A DNA stretch of 17,828 bases, taken from the NCBI RefSeq assembly GCF_006345805.1, contig NW_021824638.1:1-17828 (forward strand). The letters are read 5' to 3'. Numbering within the stretch: position 1 is the first letter of the stretch; the number at the start of each line of letters is the position of its first letter. Shown piece after piece: positions 1 to 10,810 of the stretch. This DNA is from Octopus sinensis (taxonomy: Eukaryota). The notes below the pieces were generated by a model. It was not told the origin of the DNA, did no database searches, and was given only the letters and a program-made list of their open reading frames with translations. Made by a program: the position numbers and the translations under genes.

Positions 1-639
1 GGTGGTGGTGGTGGTATTATTGACTGTGGTGATGGTAGTGATGATGGTGATTGTGATGGTGGTTGTTGTAGTGGTAGTTTGTGGTGGAGTGTTAGTGTTA
101 GTTGTAGTTGTCGAGGTAGTGGTGGTGGTGAGGGTAAGAAATGGTAGTGGGTGGTGGTGTAGTGGTAGTGATGGTGATAGTGTTTGTTGTTGTTGGTGGT
201 GGTGGTATGGTAGTGATGGTGATAGTGTTGTTGTTGTTGTTGGTGGTGGTGGTGATAGTGGCAGTGTTAGAGGAGATAGTGGTTGTAGTAGTTGTAGTAG
301 TATAGTGGTGGTACTGAAGTTGTTTGTGTAGGATTTCGTAAGATTGGTAACGATGGTGGTGGTTTTGTGTGTTGTTGGTGGTGATGGTTTTATAGCAGTG
401 TAGGTAGTGGTGATATGATAAGAACGAGCGATGGTGTTTTGTGTTGTAGTATTCAATGGTGTAGTGTTGTGATTAGTATATGGTAGTCGTGGTGGCGGAT
501 GTAGTACAAGGGTGGTGTGGATATTGCTATTCATGTTGTAGTATAGCGGCTGATGTTGGTATTGGTCTCAGTAAAAAGCAGTGTCCACGGGTGATGGTGT
601 TAGTAACAATATGTGATTGTGTAGTTTTGTAGTAGTTTT

Positions 640-679
<40 letters not shown>

Positions 680-960
680 GAGGAGGAGGAGGAGGATGAG
701 TAGGAGTAGAAGCAGCAGTATATGATAGTCGTAGCGGTGATAGTATGAACATTGTTTTGATACTGAAGGCTGTGTATTGGTTATAGTATATGCAGTGTCA
801 TGAGTGATGGTGTTCGGAGTTATATTTGAGGATATAGTATTGCTAGTAGTATGTGAAAGTGGTAGCGGTGATAGCATAACGGTGGTGTTGATGTTGATGA
901 TAGTGTGTGTAGTATCATGTACTAGTACATTTATGATGGTTCAGGTTGTAGTATACGACT
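1..960. repeat. GGT/GTA/GTT-rich low-complexity degenerate trinucleotide satellite with (GTA)n core ~640-680
   Basis: Visible GGT/GTA/GTT periodicity; the overlapping poly-V and poly-L ORFs are artefacts of it. Confidence 0.9.
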
Positions 961-1034
961 GAATTATATTGATGGTGTTACGTGATGGTAGTGGTGGTAG
1001 TAGCATAAGGTGGTGAGGGTGTTAACTGCAATAT

Positions 1035-1250
1035 TTGATGACGGCGTTATGTGGGGTAAAATACGCTTCAAAAGTGGAGGTTTATCGTCTGTCCGAAACT
1101 GTGCTCTGAAATGGACTCTCTTCTGACCACCGTGACAACGGGTTACCAAAGAAATGGTACAAGGACAAGGACACTCTGATAAAAATCTCTCGGTCACGCT
1201 GACCATCGCCAGTGGTCAACTATAACCTCTAATCACGCGGCATTGACGAC
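1035..1250 (+). mobile_element. RTE-clade (BovB-like) LINE ORF2 C-terminal remnant
   Basis: Hand translation gives LMTALCGVKYASKVEVYRLSETVL*NGLSSDHRDNGLPKKWYKD and, after a frameshift, DHRQWSTITSNHAA. This resembles the RTE C-terminal pattern QLRWAGHVSRMEDHRLPKIVLYGELSTGHRDRGAPKKRYKD...IDHRQWS (recalled consensus). Confidence 0.75.
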
Positions 1251-1254
1251 ATTC

Positions 1255-1375
1255 TCCCTCTCACTCTCATTTTTGACTGCCTCTGTCTTTGTCATTCCGT
1301 CTATCTGTCTGTCTCTGTTTTTCTCTCTCTCCCTCCCTCTCCCTTTCCTCTCTTCCTCCCTTTTTTCTTCCCTCT
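1255..1375. repeat. CT-rich polypyrimidine low-complexity tract
   Basis: Runs of ctct, ccct and tttc. Confidence 0.8.
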
Positions 1376-1377
1376 TC

Positions 1378-1656
1378 GGATGAAAGCAAAGTTGATCCAA
1401 GAAACCCCAATATGGCAGAAATTCAAAAGGTAGTGCTCAAGGGAACTACCCATACGTAAATTACTGTCTATGTAATCTCAAATTTTAAAACAAACTCATA
1501 ATTTTCTTGTGTTTTCTTAAACATTCTTTAGAACAATACTATGTACAAAACCAAATATATGACACCCTAGGTATAACACTAATATGAACTTCTAACTTGT
1601 TGACTCTTGAGGTCACTGGGTGAGACTTGGAGCCACCATGTAAAATTCAAACATAA

Positions 1657-1657
<1 letters not shown>
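1378..1657 (+). mobile_element. R4/Dong-like (RLE) LINE 3' terminal fragment: ORF end, 3' UTR, then (AAT)n tail
   Basis: NPNMAEIQKVVLKGTTH/RKLLSM* (stop 1473-1475) matches the IQK-x-VL-x-GTAHILRK-x-LS* C-terminus of R4/Dong-type ORFs. About 180 nt of UTR follow, then (AAT)n. Confidence 0.75.

Positions 1658-1692
<35 letters not shown>
1656..1692. repeat. (AAT)n microsatellite
   Basis: Direct reading. Confidence 0.95.
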
Positions 1693-1694
<2 letters not shown>

Positions 1695-1982
1695 ATAATT
1701 CACCTCTGGAAACATGGGTGTTTCGTTCAACATCCTTAAACAACCCTTATTCAGGGACCTTTTGAGCTGGATGGGTTACTCGACCAGAAGAAAATTCTAA
1801 CTGGTCCCCACCTGCAAGGTTATGTGCTGTTTATCTTGATATGAGATCACTATGTCGCGCACATACGGTTGTGATGCACGTGCCTAGTGTACCTTTATCA
1901 GACGGGTAGTCATGATGGGTATACTGGGCTTCGTATATTTTACCCCAGTGTCACTTTGATGGCATGCACTGCTCTCTCACTC
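1693..1982 (+). mobile_element. Truncated copy of a non-coding (AAT)n-embedded dispersed repeat (longer copy at 6574-7130)
   Basis: 290 bp align without gaps to 6841-7130 with 14 mismatches by hand count (~95%). Flanked by (AAT)n on both sides. Confidence 0.85.
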
Positions 1983-2047
<65 letters not shown>

Positions 2048-2051
2048 TAAT
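1983..2051. repeat. (AAT)n microsatellite
   Basis: Direct reading. Confidence 0.95.
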
Positions 2052-2295
2052 GTGTAAAATCAGCACTCCTGCTTACTTGTATGAATATCATCCTGAGCCA
2101 GTCGTCGATGGTAAACATCACTATCCCCTGGGATTTTCCAGTCAACACCGACAGAGCTATCCAGGAAAATCGACCTGACATAGTCATTAAAGATTGAGAA
2201 GAAAATACTTGTAGACTAATAGATATGTGTTCCCACTGATAGAAATATATCTGTAAAAGAATTTGACAAATTAATAAATATTAGGACCTGAAAAT
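2052..2295 (+). mobile_element. R4/Dong-like LINE fragment: restriction-like (PD-D/ExK) endonuclease region, pseudogenised
   Basis: With frameshifts: YEYHPEPVVDG/NITIPWDFPVNTDRAIQENRPDIVIKD*EENTCRLIDM/VPTDRNISVKEFDKL/KY-DLK. Contains the RPD...D...K-x-x-KY RLE signature. Confidence 0.85.
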
Positions 2296-3177
2296 GGGGA
2301 CATTGATGATTTTGATTTTGCCTGGAATTGGGCAAGTGTGTCTTTTGGTTGAGGGATATAGTTCTATTGTTATTTTTCTGAAACTCAAATTGTTTGGATG
2401 CATAATGTCATATCTTACTCCATGCCGATCGATCTAGGCAATGACTTTCCCAAGATGTCAGGTTAAGCTTCAGAGATTTCAGTGACTGCTTCTACTTATC
2501 CTCATACCTAAGGACAGGTCTTCCTTTGCCGCAATATTTCTCTTCTTGTTGACCATACAGAAGAATTTTCGGAATGCAGTCATTTTCCATTCAAACATGT
2601 CCTACCCTTCTGCACTGAATTCTTACCGGCATGCTTTGGATTCTGGAAGTATTACATTTTTCTAAGATTTTGGCGTTGGATATCTTATCTTGCCATTTTA
2701 TGTTGTAAATATTGCGCAAACAGCACGTGTGGAAAGTTTCAGGTTTCTTTATATGTCTGTAGTAGGGAGTCCATGCTTCTTCCCCATACAAAAAGGTACT
2801 CAAAATACAAGGTTTGTATACACATATTTTACTTTGCAAACTGATATTGTGTTCATCCCACAAACGATGGGAAAGGCTTCCAAAAGCACTGTGGCCTTAG
2901 GTATTCTAACATTAATTCCTTCATCAAGAGTACTCTTTAAGTTTACTGTACTTCCAAGATATTTAAATGACCAGAGCCATTTGAATCGTTTGTTGTCTAT
3001 CAACAAGTTTGAGTCTTGAGTGTGTCTTACCCAGGGCCTTGGTTGGAATAAAACTTCAGTCTTTTTCATGCTTATAGTCTGTTCCAATGCACGAGCTGCC
3101 GCAGGAAACCTGTCGACGGTTTCCTGAATTGCCTCAAATGCATGAGAAATCGAAGCACAATCATCAGCAAACAGAAA
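2296..3177 (-). mobile_element. 5'-truncated RTE-clade LINE: reverse transcriptase catalytic motif through ORF2 C-terminus, pseudogenised
   Basis: Minus-strand translation gives FLFADDCASISH (FADD at 3160-3171), TISMKKTEVLFQP, FKYLGS, ISLQSKICVYKPCILSTFLYGEEAWT, CLRNIYNIKWQDKISN, GHV*MENDCIPKILLYGQ, GRPVLRYED, SWESHCLDRSAW. Several stops and frameshifts. Confidence 0.92.
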
Positions 3178-4111
<934 letters not shown>

Positions 4112-4112
<1 letters not shown>

Positions 4113-4489
4113 TCCTTTCTACTGAAAGCACAAGGCGTTGAAATTTTGGGTGAGGGAATGAGTCGATTAAATCGACATCAGTGTTTCACTGGTACTTAAT
4201 TTATCGACCCCGAAAGGATGAAAGGCAAAGTCGACCTCGGCGGAATTTGAATTCAGAACGTAGCGACGGGCGAAATACCTATTTCTTTATTAACCACAAG
4301 GGGGTAAACACAGAGAGGACAAACAAGGACAGACAAACGGATTAAGTCGATTATATCGACCCCAGTGCGTAACTGGTACTTAATTTATCGACCCCAGAAG
4401 GATGAAAGGCAAAGTCCACCTCGACGGAATTTGAACTACCGCTAAGCATATCGTCCAGCATGCTAACGATTCTGCCAGCACGCCACCTT
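4112..4489 (-). mobile_element. tRNA-derived SINE, family A, dimeric form
   Basis: Reverse complement gives head ggtggcgtgctggcagaatcgttagc (A-box-like), gttcaaattcc (B-box-like) and gcctttcatccttt/ctggggtcgataaa twice. Internal junction at 4279/4280; 3' end ccttgtgctttcagtagaaagg runs into (ATT)n. Confidence 0.88.
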
Positions 4490-4511
4490 AGTAATAATAA
4501 TGATGATGATG

Positions 4512-4562
<51 letters not shown>
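4490..4562. repeat. (AAT)n/(GAT)n microsatellite
   Basis: Direct reading. Confidence 0.95.
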
Positions 4563-4917
4563 TTGTTGTTGTTAGCATCTTTTTTGTCTCGGGAGACAAT
4601 GGAGTTGCGCATAAAATAATCTAGTCCGGCTTTTACATTTCATGTCCTAATACATTTCCTGCTGTGGCTGTGTAGTCCTATCCTGGACAAACACTCCCTC
4701 AAAAAAACTATATTAGTGAAATATTTTTGTTCATCCATCAGTATTCAGGAGAAAAAGAAAATAATGGTTTGCACCTTTCGCCATGCTGTTGGACCAATTT
4801 ATAAAGTTTAAAAACCATCTCAATTTTTATCAAACATGACAATTTCTCCGCCCCACCTTCTTTAAGAGAAAACACTGAGTTAGTGCGAAGATATTGTAGA
4901 TAGGCTTTTGTGACAGT

Positions 4918-5240
4918 GGATGTGGTGGTGGTGGTGGTGGTGGTGGTGGTGGTGGGGTAGTGGTGGTGGTGGTGATGGGAGAGGAAAGTTTGGTGGTAGT
5001 ATTGGAGAAGGTGATGGTGATGATGGTGGTGCTGCGAGTGGAGAGTTAGATGTTAGTATTGGTGGTGGTGCGATGGTGGTAGTGGAGTTGGAAATGGAGA
5101 ATTAAGTGATAGTGTTGGTAATGGTGGTGGCAGTAGTGATAGTAGTGGTGGTAGTGTGAGTAGAGGATTGAATGATGGCTCCAAACGATGAAGGTGGTGG
5201 TAGTGGTGGTGGTGGTGGTGGTGATAGTGATGGTGATGAT
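4918..5240. repeat. (GGT)n and GGT/GTA low-complexity tract
   Basis: Direct reading. Confidence 0.85.
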
Positions 5241-5299
5241 CGAATTACGGGTATCTTGGCGTGGCCCCTAGATAACAGAATATAATAGGTATTTAAATG

Positions 5300-5610
5300 A
5301 AACTGGCGTGGGTACACACATGGATACACACACTGACACATAAACACACACTCACACACACACACACACATTATATATACGCAAACGTACACATACATAA
5401 GTACGCACGCATATATAAATATACGCACACGCACTGTCATACACATACGCAAACATACTCATTACGTAATACATACATACACACATACATATATATACAC
5501 ACATACATACGCACATATATACACACACATACATACATACATACATACATACATACATACATACATACATACATACATACATACATACATACATAGATAC
5601 ATGCACGCGG
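5300..5610. repeat. (CA)n and (TACA)n microsatellite complex
   Basis: Near-perfect (TACA)n at ~5527-5595. Confidence 0.92.
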
Positions 5611-5699
5611 AGATGCCAGTCAATTACTTTCGCTGTTTACATATCACAATAGGGTGGAACCGGGGTGGATGTGCGTACCCGTGATGGATTTGCCAGGTA

Positions 5700-5865
5700 C
5701 CTACGTTGCTATTACTACGACGACGACGATAACAGCAGCAACAACAACAACAACTGCAGCTTCTATTGCGGCAACGATATTAACAAAATCAACATAAAAC
5801 ATTAAACTATAAACAACAGAAAATAATAACAATAACAACAACAGCAACAGCAACAACAATAGCGT
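5700..5865. repeat. (AAC)/(ACG)/(AGC) low-complexity tract
   Basis: Direct reading. Confidence 0.8.
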
Positions 5866-5965
5866 TGCTGGACCTGCTAGAAATAGGAGCCAAAATATCA
5901 CCTCTTCCTCTCCTTGAAGTGCGCCGTAATGTCTTAAGTCAGATCTCTAAATCTAAAATGCTTTC

Positions 5966-6055
5966 GTGGTAGTGTTAGACTTTCGTTAGCCAGACGAACA
6001 AAATGCGTAGCGACATTTCTTCCGGATCTTTGAGTTCTGAGTTCAGATTCTGCCC
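5966..6055 (+). mobile_element. Diverged family-A-type SINE tRNA-derived head (head only)
   Basis: tcgttagc...aaaatgcgtagcgacatttc...gttctgagttcagattctgcc aligns to the head of the SINE at 14244-14330, including the B-box region. Confidence 0.65.
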
Positions 6056-6307
6056 TTAAGCATGATAAAAAAACATTCATTAAGCATGATAAAAAATATT
6101 CAGACAAATACATAACAAAAGCAACAGGAACAACAAGTATATATAACATACAGAAAATAGTACTACTGGGCACCGCACACATCCTACGTAAAACACTTTC
6201 AATACAGTAACCATAAGAGCATCACAACAAACCACAGCACGAACCCAAGGCACACAGAGCTGTGCTCAGTAGTGCAGTGAAAGCACGTGATAAAAATAAG
6301 ACTACTG
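6056..6307 (+). mobile_element. R4/Dong-like LINE 3' terminal fragment: ORF end and 3' UTR, followed by (AAT)n
   Basis: KYSDKYITKATGTTSIYNIQKIVLLGTAHILRKTLSIQ* (stop 6208-6210), then ~97 nt of UTR and an (AAT)n tail. Confidence 0.85.
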
Positions 6308-6313
6308 AATAAC

Positions 6314-6353
<40 letters not shown>

Positions 6354-6388
6354 GTAATAATAATAATGATAATAATAATAATAATAAT
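6308..6388. repeat. (AAT)n microsatellite
   Basis: Direct reading. Confidence 0.95.
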
Positions 6389-6526
6389 TTAACTTTACTT
6401 GAAAAGAAAATTTCAAACAATACACCGAATCGCTTGTCTAGTGGTTATTCTGGAAGCGCGCCTGTCAGGAAGCTGCCAGCCTGATGGCGAAAAATTTTCA
6501 AATGGCATAATAATTTCCCCGAATAC

Positions 6527-6527
<1 letters not shown>

Positions 6528-6573
<46 letters not shown>
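6528..6573. repeat. (AAT)n microsatellite
   Basis: Direct reading. Confidence 0.95.
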
Positions 6574-6576
<3 letters not shown>

Positions 6577-7130
6577 GCCCTGATGCAGTACCAGGCAGTG
6601 GCTCTCATGGCTTCTGATCTTAACTGATTGGAAGTGTTATCATGTACATTGTTTTGTCTTGGTATAAAAGATGGGCTACAGCAAATATTCTGCTCAATAC
6701 CACAGATTTGCTTCTCAGTTGTTTGACCTTAACCAGTTGAGCATGTCCCTTAGTGGCTGACGATATGTGCATCTCTGATCACGAGCAGAAGTAGTGGGGG
6801 AGCATCATAGCCATGTGTTGAGAAGGATTCTTTGGGGTTTGAATAATTCACCTCTGGAAACATGGGTGTTTCGTTCAACGTCCTTAAACAACCCTTATTC
6901 AGGGACCTTTTGAGCGGGATGGGTTACTCGATCTGAAGAAAATTCTAACTGGGCTCCACCTGCAAGGTCATGTGCTGTTTATCTTGATATGAGATCACCA
7001 TGTCGCGCACATATGGTTGTGATGCATGTGCCTGGTGTACCTTTGTCAGACGGGTAGTCATGATGGGTATACTGGGCTTCGTATATTTTACCCCAGTGTC
7101 ACTTTGATGGCATGCTCTGCTCGCTCACTC
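6574..7130 (+). mobile_element. ~557-bp non-coding dispersed repeat inserted in (AAT)n; strand inferred
   Basis: Its last 290 bp recur at 1693-1982. (AAT)n on both sides; no tRNA head, TIR or recognisable protein motif seen. Confidence 0.75.
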
Positions 7131-7264
7131 AATAATAATAATAATAACAACAACAATAATAATAATAATAAGCAAAAACAACCACAAAGACATACACGGA
7201 TATGTATGCATACAAACATATTTACATCCCACCCCAACACACACACACACATATATACACACAA

Positions 7265-7426
7265 AAGGCTTCTTCCAGTTTCCATCAACCAATTCGCCTC
7301 TCAACTCTTTGCTCATTTCAGGGTCAAAGTATAAGTCACTTGCCCAAATTGCCACGCAGCGGGGCCGAGCCCAAGACCACACATTTGTGAAGCAAGCTTC
7401 TCAACCACACAACCCCCGCCTGCGCC
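7265..7426 (-). mobile_element. Diverged family-B SINE 5' part (tRNA-derived head)
   Basis: Reverse complement begins ggcgcaggcgggggttgtgtggttgagaagcttgcttc and contains gcgtggcaatttgggcaagtg; aligns to 12920-13080. Confidence 0.75.
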
Positions 7427-7839
7427 AATTCATTTTCTTCTATTTGCTTGCTTGTCTGTGTGTTCGCTTTCATCCATCACTCCAGTTCATTAAATCCGTT
7501 CATACCTCAATTATATTAGCATCCGGCAGGTGACGGAGGAAAGAATGTTATTTTGACAAGTATCTTCACAGATAATATCTATCAGATTCTTATGACGAGC
7601 AGCTGAGTAACTTGAGACTCAAAACTAGTCTACTTACAGTTCATATGTCTTAAATAGTTATGGCGGCTAGGACATATATTTACAGGTAATAACGTTATGA
7701 CTAGACGCCCTAGTCATAATTAGAGTTACGACTACTATCTAATATAGTCATATGTAATGTAAGTTAAGGTTACGACTAATACGGCCACAAATATAGGTAA
7801 TATATATTATACACATATTTTTTCTATTTAATTGATTAT

Positions 7840-8035
7840 CTAACTATCTATCTATCTGTTTGTCTGTCTCTCCGTCTGTCTGTTTGTCTATCCATCCATC
7901 CATCCATCCATCCATCTATCTATCTATCTATCTATCCATCTATCTATCTATCCATCCATCCATCCTTCCATCCATCCATCCATCCATCCATCCATCCATC
8001 TATCTATCTTTCTATCTATCCATCTATCTACCTAT
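7840..8035. repeat. (ATCC)n/(ATCT)n/(GTCT)n tetranucleotide complex
   Basis: Direct reading. Confidence 0.95.
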
Positions 8036-8049
8036 CAAGCTAGCTATTT

Positions 8050-8690
8050 TGCTTTTAGACACTGCTGGCACTGCGATACTGGAGGTGAAAAATTAAAGTT
8101 GTACGGAACTTTCTTCTGAATACTTTCGACAGCCAGAGATACAAAAAAAAAGTGACTGAAACAGAAGGAGAATTCAAAGAGAAAAGAAAGAACAACAGAA
8201 TTAGCAGAATGAACAACTGGAAAGAAATGGAACTGCACAGCCAATCCATTGAGCGAACCGAAATGGTTGGAAGTGAAGCCCGGTGGTTTTGGCTGACGAA
8301 CGGAAATTTGAAACGAGAAACAGAAACGTTAATTATAGCAGTTCAGGAAGAAGCCTTAAGAACAAGTTTGATAAAAGCTAAGATCGACAAAACTTAGTCA
8401 GACAGCAAATGTAGAATCTGCAGGAAAGGAGACGAGAATATCAATCACATTTTGAGAGTGAGTGCCGTACACCAGCACAAAACGAGTATAAGCACAGACA
8501 ACACTGCGCTGGCAAAAGAGTGCATTGGGGTGTTAGTCGAGTGTTTGACTCAAAACAACAGAAAAGTGGTATGAACACGAACCCGAAGCTGAGAATCAAG
8601 ATTTTGGGGGACTTCGCCATAACAACTGACCATACTATTGAAGCATGAAGACCAGACATAATTATAGAGGACAAAAATAAACAATATAAA
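8050..8690 (+). mobile_element. R4/Dong-like LINE fragment: post-RT region, CCHC zinc knuckle and start of RLE endonuclease, pseudogenised
   Basis: WKEMELHSQ...WLTNGNLKRETETLIIAVQEEALRT...KIDKT*SDSKCRICRKGDENINHIL/SEC (CX2CX8HX4C), then EKWYEHEPE and KILGDFAITTDHTIEA*RPDIIIEDK. Confidence 0.9.
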
Positions 8691-8843
8691 TATATATATA
8701 TATTGGCTGGAGGGTATATCAACCGAAACGTTGTGTTAACAACAAACAAATATGAGGACATATATCCGTCAATTGTAAATAATGTAAATAATATAAATAA
8801 TTCCTCATCTCTTAAATATAGAACTGTAATATATATACATGCA

Positions 8844-8923
8844 TTTGGTTGGCTCGAGGCTATAGTAGAAGACATATGCCGAAGGTGCCGCGCAGTGGAA
8901 AAAACGTCTTACCACACAGCCAT
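8844..8923 (-). mobile_element. Family-B SINE head fragment with internal deletion
   Basis: gaggctatagtagaagaca...aaggtgccgcgcagtgg and cttaccacacagcca match 12975-13070. Confidence 0.75.
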
Positions 8924-8990
8924 GATATATATATACATACGTAATACAAAAACAAAGTATATACATACATGTATATGTATGTATATATAA

Positions 8991-9212
8991 TACTCTTTTA
9001 CTCTTTTACTTGTTTCAGTCATTTGACTGCGGCCATGCTGGAGCACCGCCTTTAATCGAGCAACTCGACCCCGGGACTTATTCTTTTGTAAGCCCAGTAC
9101 TTATTCTATCGGTCTCTTTTGCGGAACCGCTAAGTAACGGGGACATAAACACACCAACATCGGTTGTCAAGCAATGCTAGGGGGGACAAACACAGACACA
9201 CAAACACACACA

Positions 9213-9247
<35 letters not shown>

Positions 9248-9401
9248 CATATACACTACGGGCTTCTTTCGGTTTCGTCTACCAAATCCACTCACAAGGC
9301 TTTGGTTGGCCTGAGCTATAGTAGAAGACAGTTGCCCAAGGTGCCACGCAGTGAGACTGGACCCGGAACCATGTGGTGGTAAACAAGCTTCTTACCGCAC
9401 A
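8991..9401 (-). mobile_element. tRNA-derived SINE, family B, near full length
   Basis: Aligns over its length to 12669-13080 but lacks the first ~14 nt. Internal (TA)/(CA) tract; (GTAAAAGA)-type tail. Confidence 0.92.
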
Positions 9402-9474
9402 TCTATATATAATATAATGTCTGTGTGTGTGTATGTATATATATATGCGTATATATATATATATATTATATATA

Positions 9475-9530
<56 letters not shown>

Positions 9531-9545
9531 CTGTATATAACACAT
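9402..9545. repeat. (TA)n-rich tract
   Basis: Direct reading. Confidence 0.9.
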
Positions 9546-9829
9546 ATAAATAATATACGCCTGTATCTATACTGGCCTAAAATGCCGAAACAGACATATT
9601 TGGAAATGAAATAGACGCCATTTCTAAGTGAAGAAGACGTTACGAAAAGTTGCTATGGAAACCAAAAACACGATACATTTCGAGGTTCTAAAGGTCTCCC
9701 GAATGATGATGGTAAAACTGATTAAACCCCTTATTGTCAGGGTAGATTAAATACCCCTCGTTGCTAGAGTTGGTAAGATTAAAGTAGAGTATATTGTTAC
9801 CCGGCAATGTACACGTAACTAATCGCACA

Positions 9830-9906
9830 CATGCATACGTATATGTGTATTAATATATATATATATATATATAATATATATATATTATATATTATAATAT
9901 ATATAT

Positions 9907-9945
<39 letters not shown>

Positions 9946-10465
9946 ACTATATATATATGTATATGTACATATATATATATGTATATATACATATATATAT
10001 GTATTATATATATGTGTGTGTGTATATATAGGGAAATGCATTCTCACACAAGCACGTGTAGATGTATAATTTGTATAAAAGTGCATAAGAGTGTATGTAA
10101 ATTTACAAAGAGACGTGTTTGTGTGTGTGTGTGATTCATTATCCAACCATGTATGATGTATATACACACGGCAGGGTAGGTATGTGTGTGCGAGTTTGCG
10201 TGAGAGACGTGCGTTTATATCTGCTCACATACCTAACTACATGCATGCATACATATTCACAATCCTTAAACACACACATATATATACGCACATATACTCA
10301 CACATATATGCATACATACCCCAAAACACACGCACACATGCACTCAATCACACATATGTATGTACAGGATTCGAAGCTAAGTCAATACAGAGCTTGACTA
10401 TTGCATGCTGCACTCACATACATTTATACATACATACAAATACACACACACACACACACACACAC

Positions 10466-10506
<41 letters not shown>
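9830..10506. repeat. (TA)n, (TG)n, (CA)n and TACA low-complexity region
   Basis: Direct reading. Confidence 0.85.
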
Positions 10507-10507
10507 T

Positions 10508-10712
10508 GAAAATGTGACCGCGTGTGTACCGTTGGCGACTTTTTTCCCTCCATCTTCCCTTCTTTGGATCTTTCCTTTTCCTATGTTTCTGACGAAGAGC
10601 TCCGCTCGAAATGTTAAACCCTCCTTCTTTCCTGAGTGTCCAATAATACTATACTTGTTCCACGTCCTCGCGTTGTTCTGTTCTCTCTTTGTGTTTTTTT
10701 CATTGGATTAAC
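10508..10712 (+). mobile_element. Short (TA)n-flanked hammerhead-bearing repeat (Penelope pseudo-LTR / retrozyme-like), copy 1
   Basis: Homologous to 11580-11706 (minus) and 15650-15822 via shared cgttggcga..., cttccctt..ttgga and the hammerhead motif. (TA)n on both sides. Confidence 0.7.
10585..10619 (+). ncRNA. Minimal type-I hammerhead ribozyme motif
   Basis: GUUU-CUGACGA-A-GAGC-UCC-GCUC-GAAA-UG-UU/AAAC: complete core, 4-bp helix I, 4-bp helix II, extra A after A9. Confidence 0.72.
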
Positions 10713-10775
10713 TATATAATATATATAATATAATATATATATATAACATATATATATATGTATATATATTATATG

Positions 10776-10810
<35 letters not shown>

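Noticed and set aside
7050-7130. Possible HDV-like ribozyme or pseudoknot at the end of the AAT-homing element (TATAC/GTATA and ACTGGG/CCCAGT pairings)
   Set aside because: Could not be fitted to the P1/P1.1/P2/P3/P4 topology by hand; needs a descriptor search.
7486-7529. Candidate 44-nt exon after a pyrimidine-rich tract
   Set aside because: Weak donor (GTGACG), only one open frame, and phase incompatible with the 5653-5696 candidate.
9570-9595. GGC-ctaaaat-GCC-GAAAC, resembling hammerhead helix II plus GAAA
   Set aside because: No upstream CUGANGA and no helix I or NUH site.
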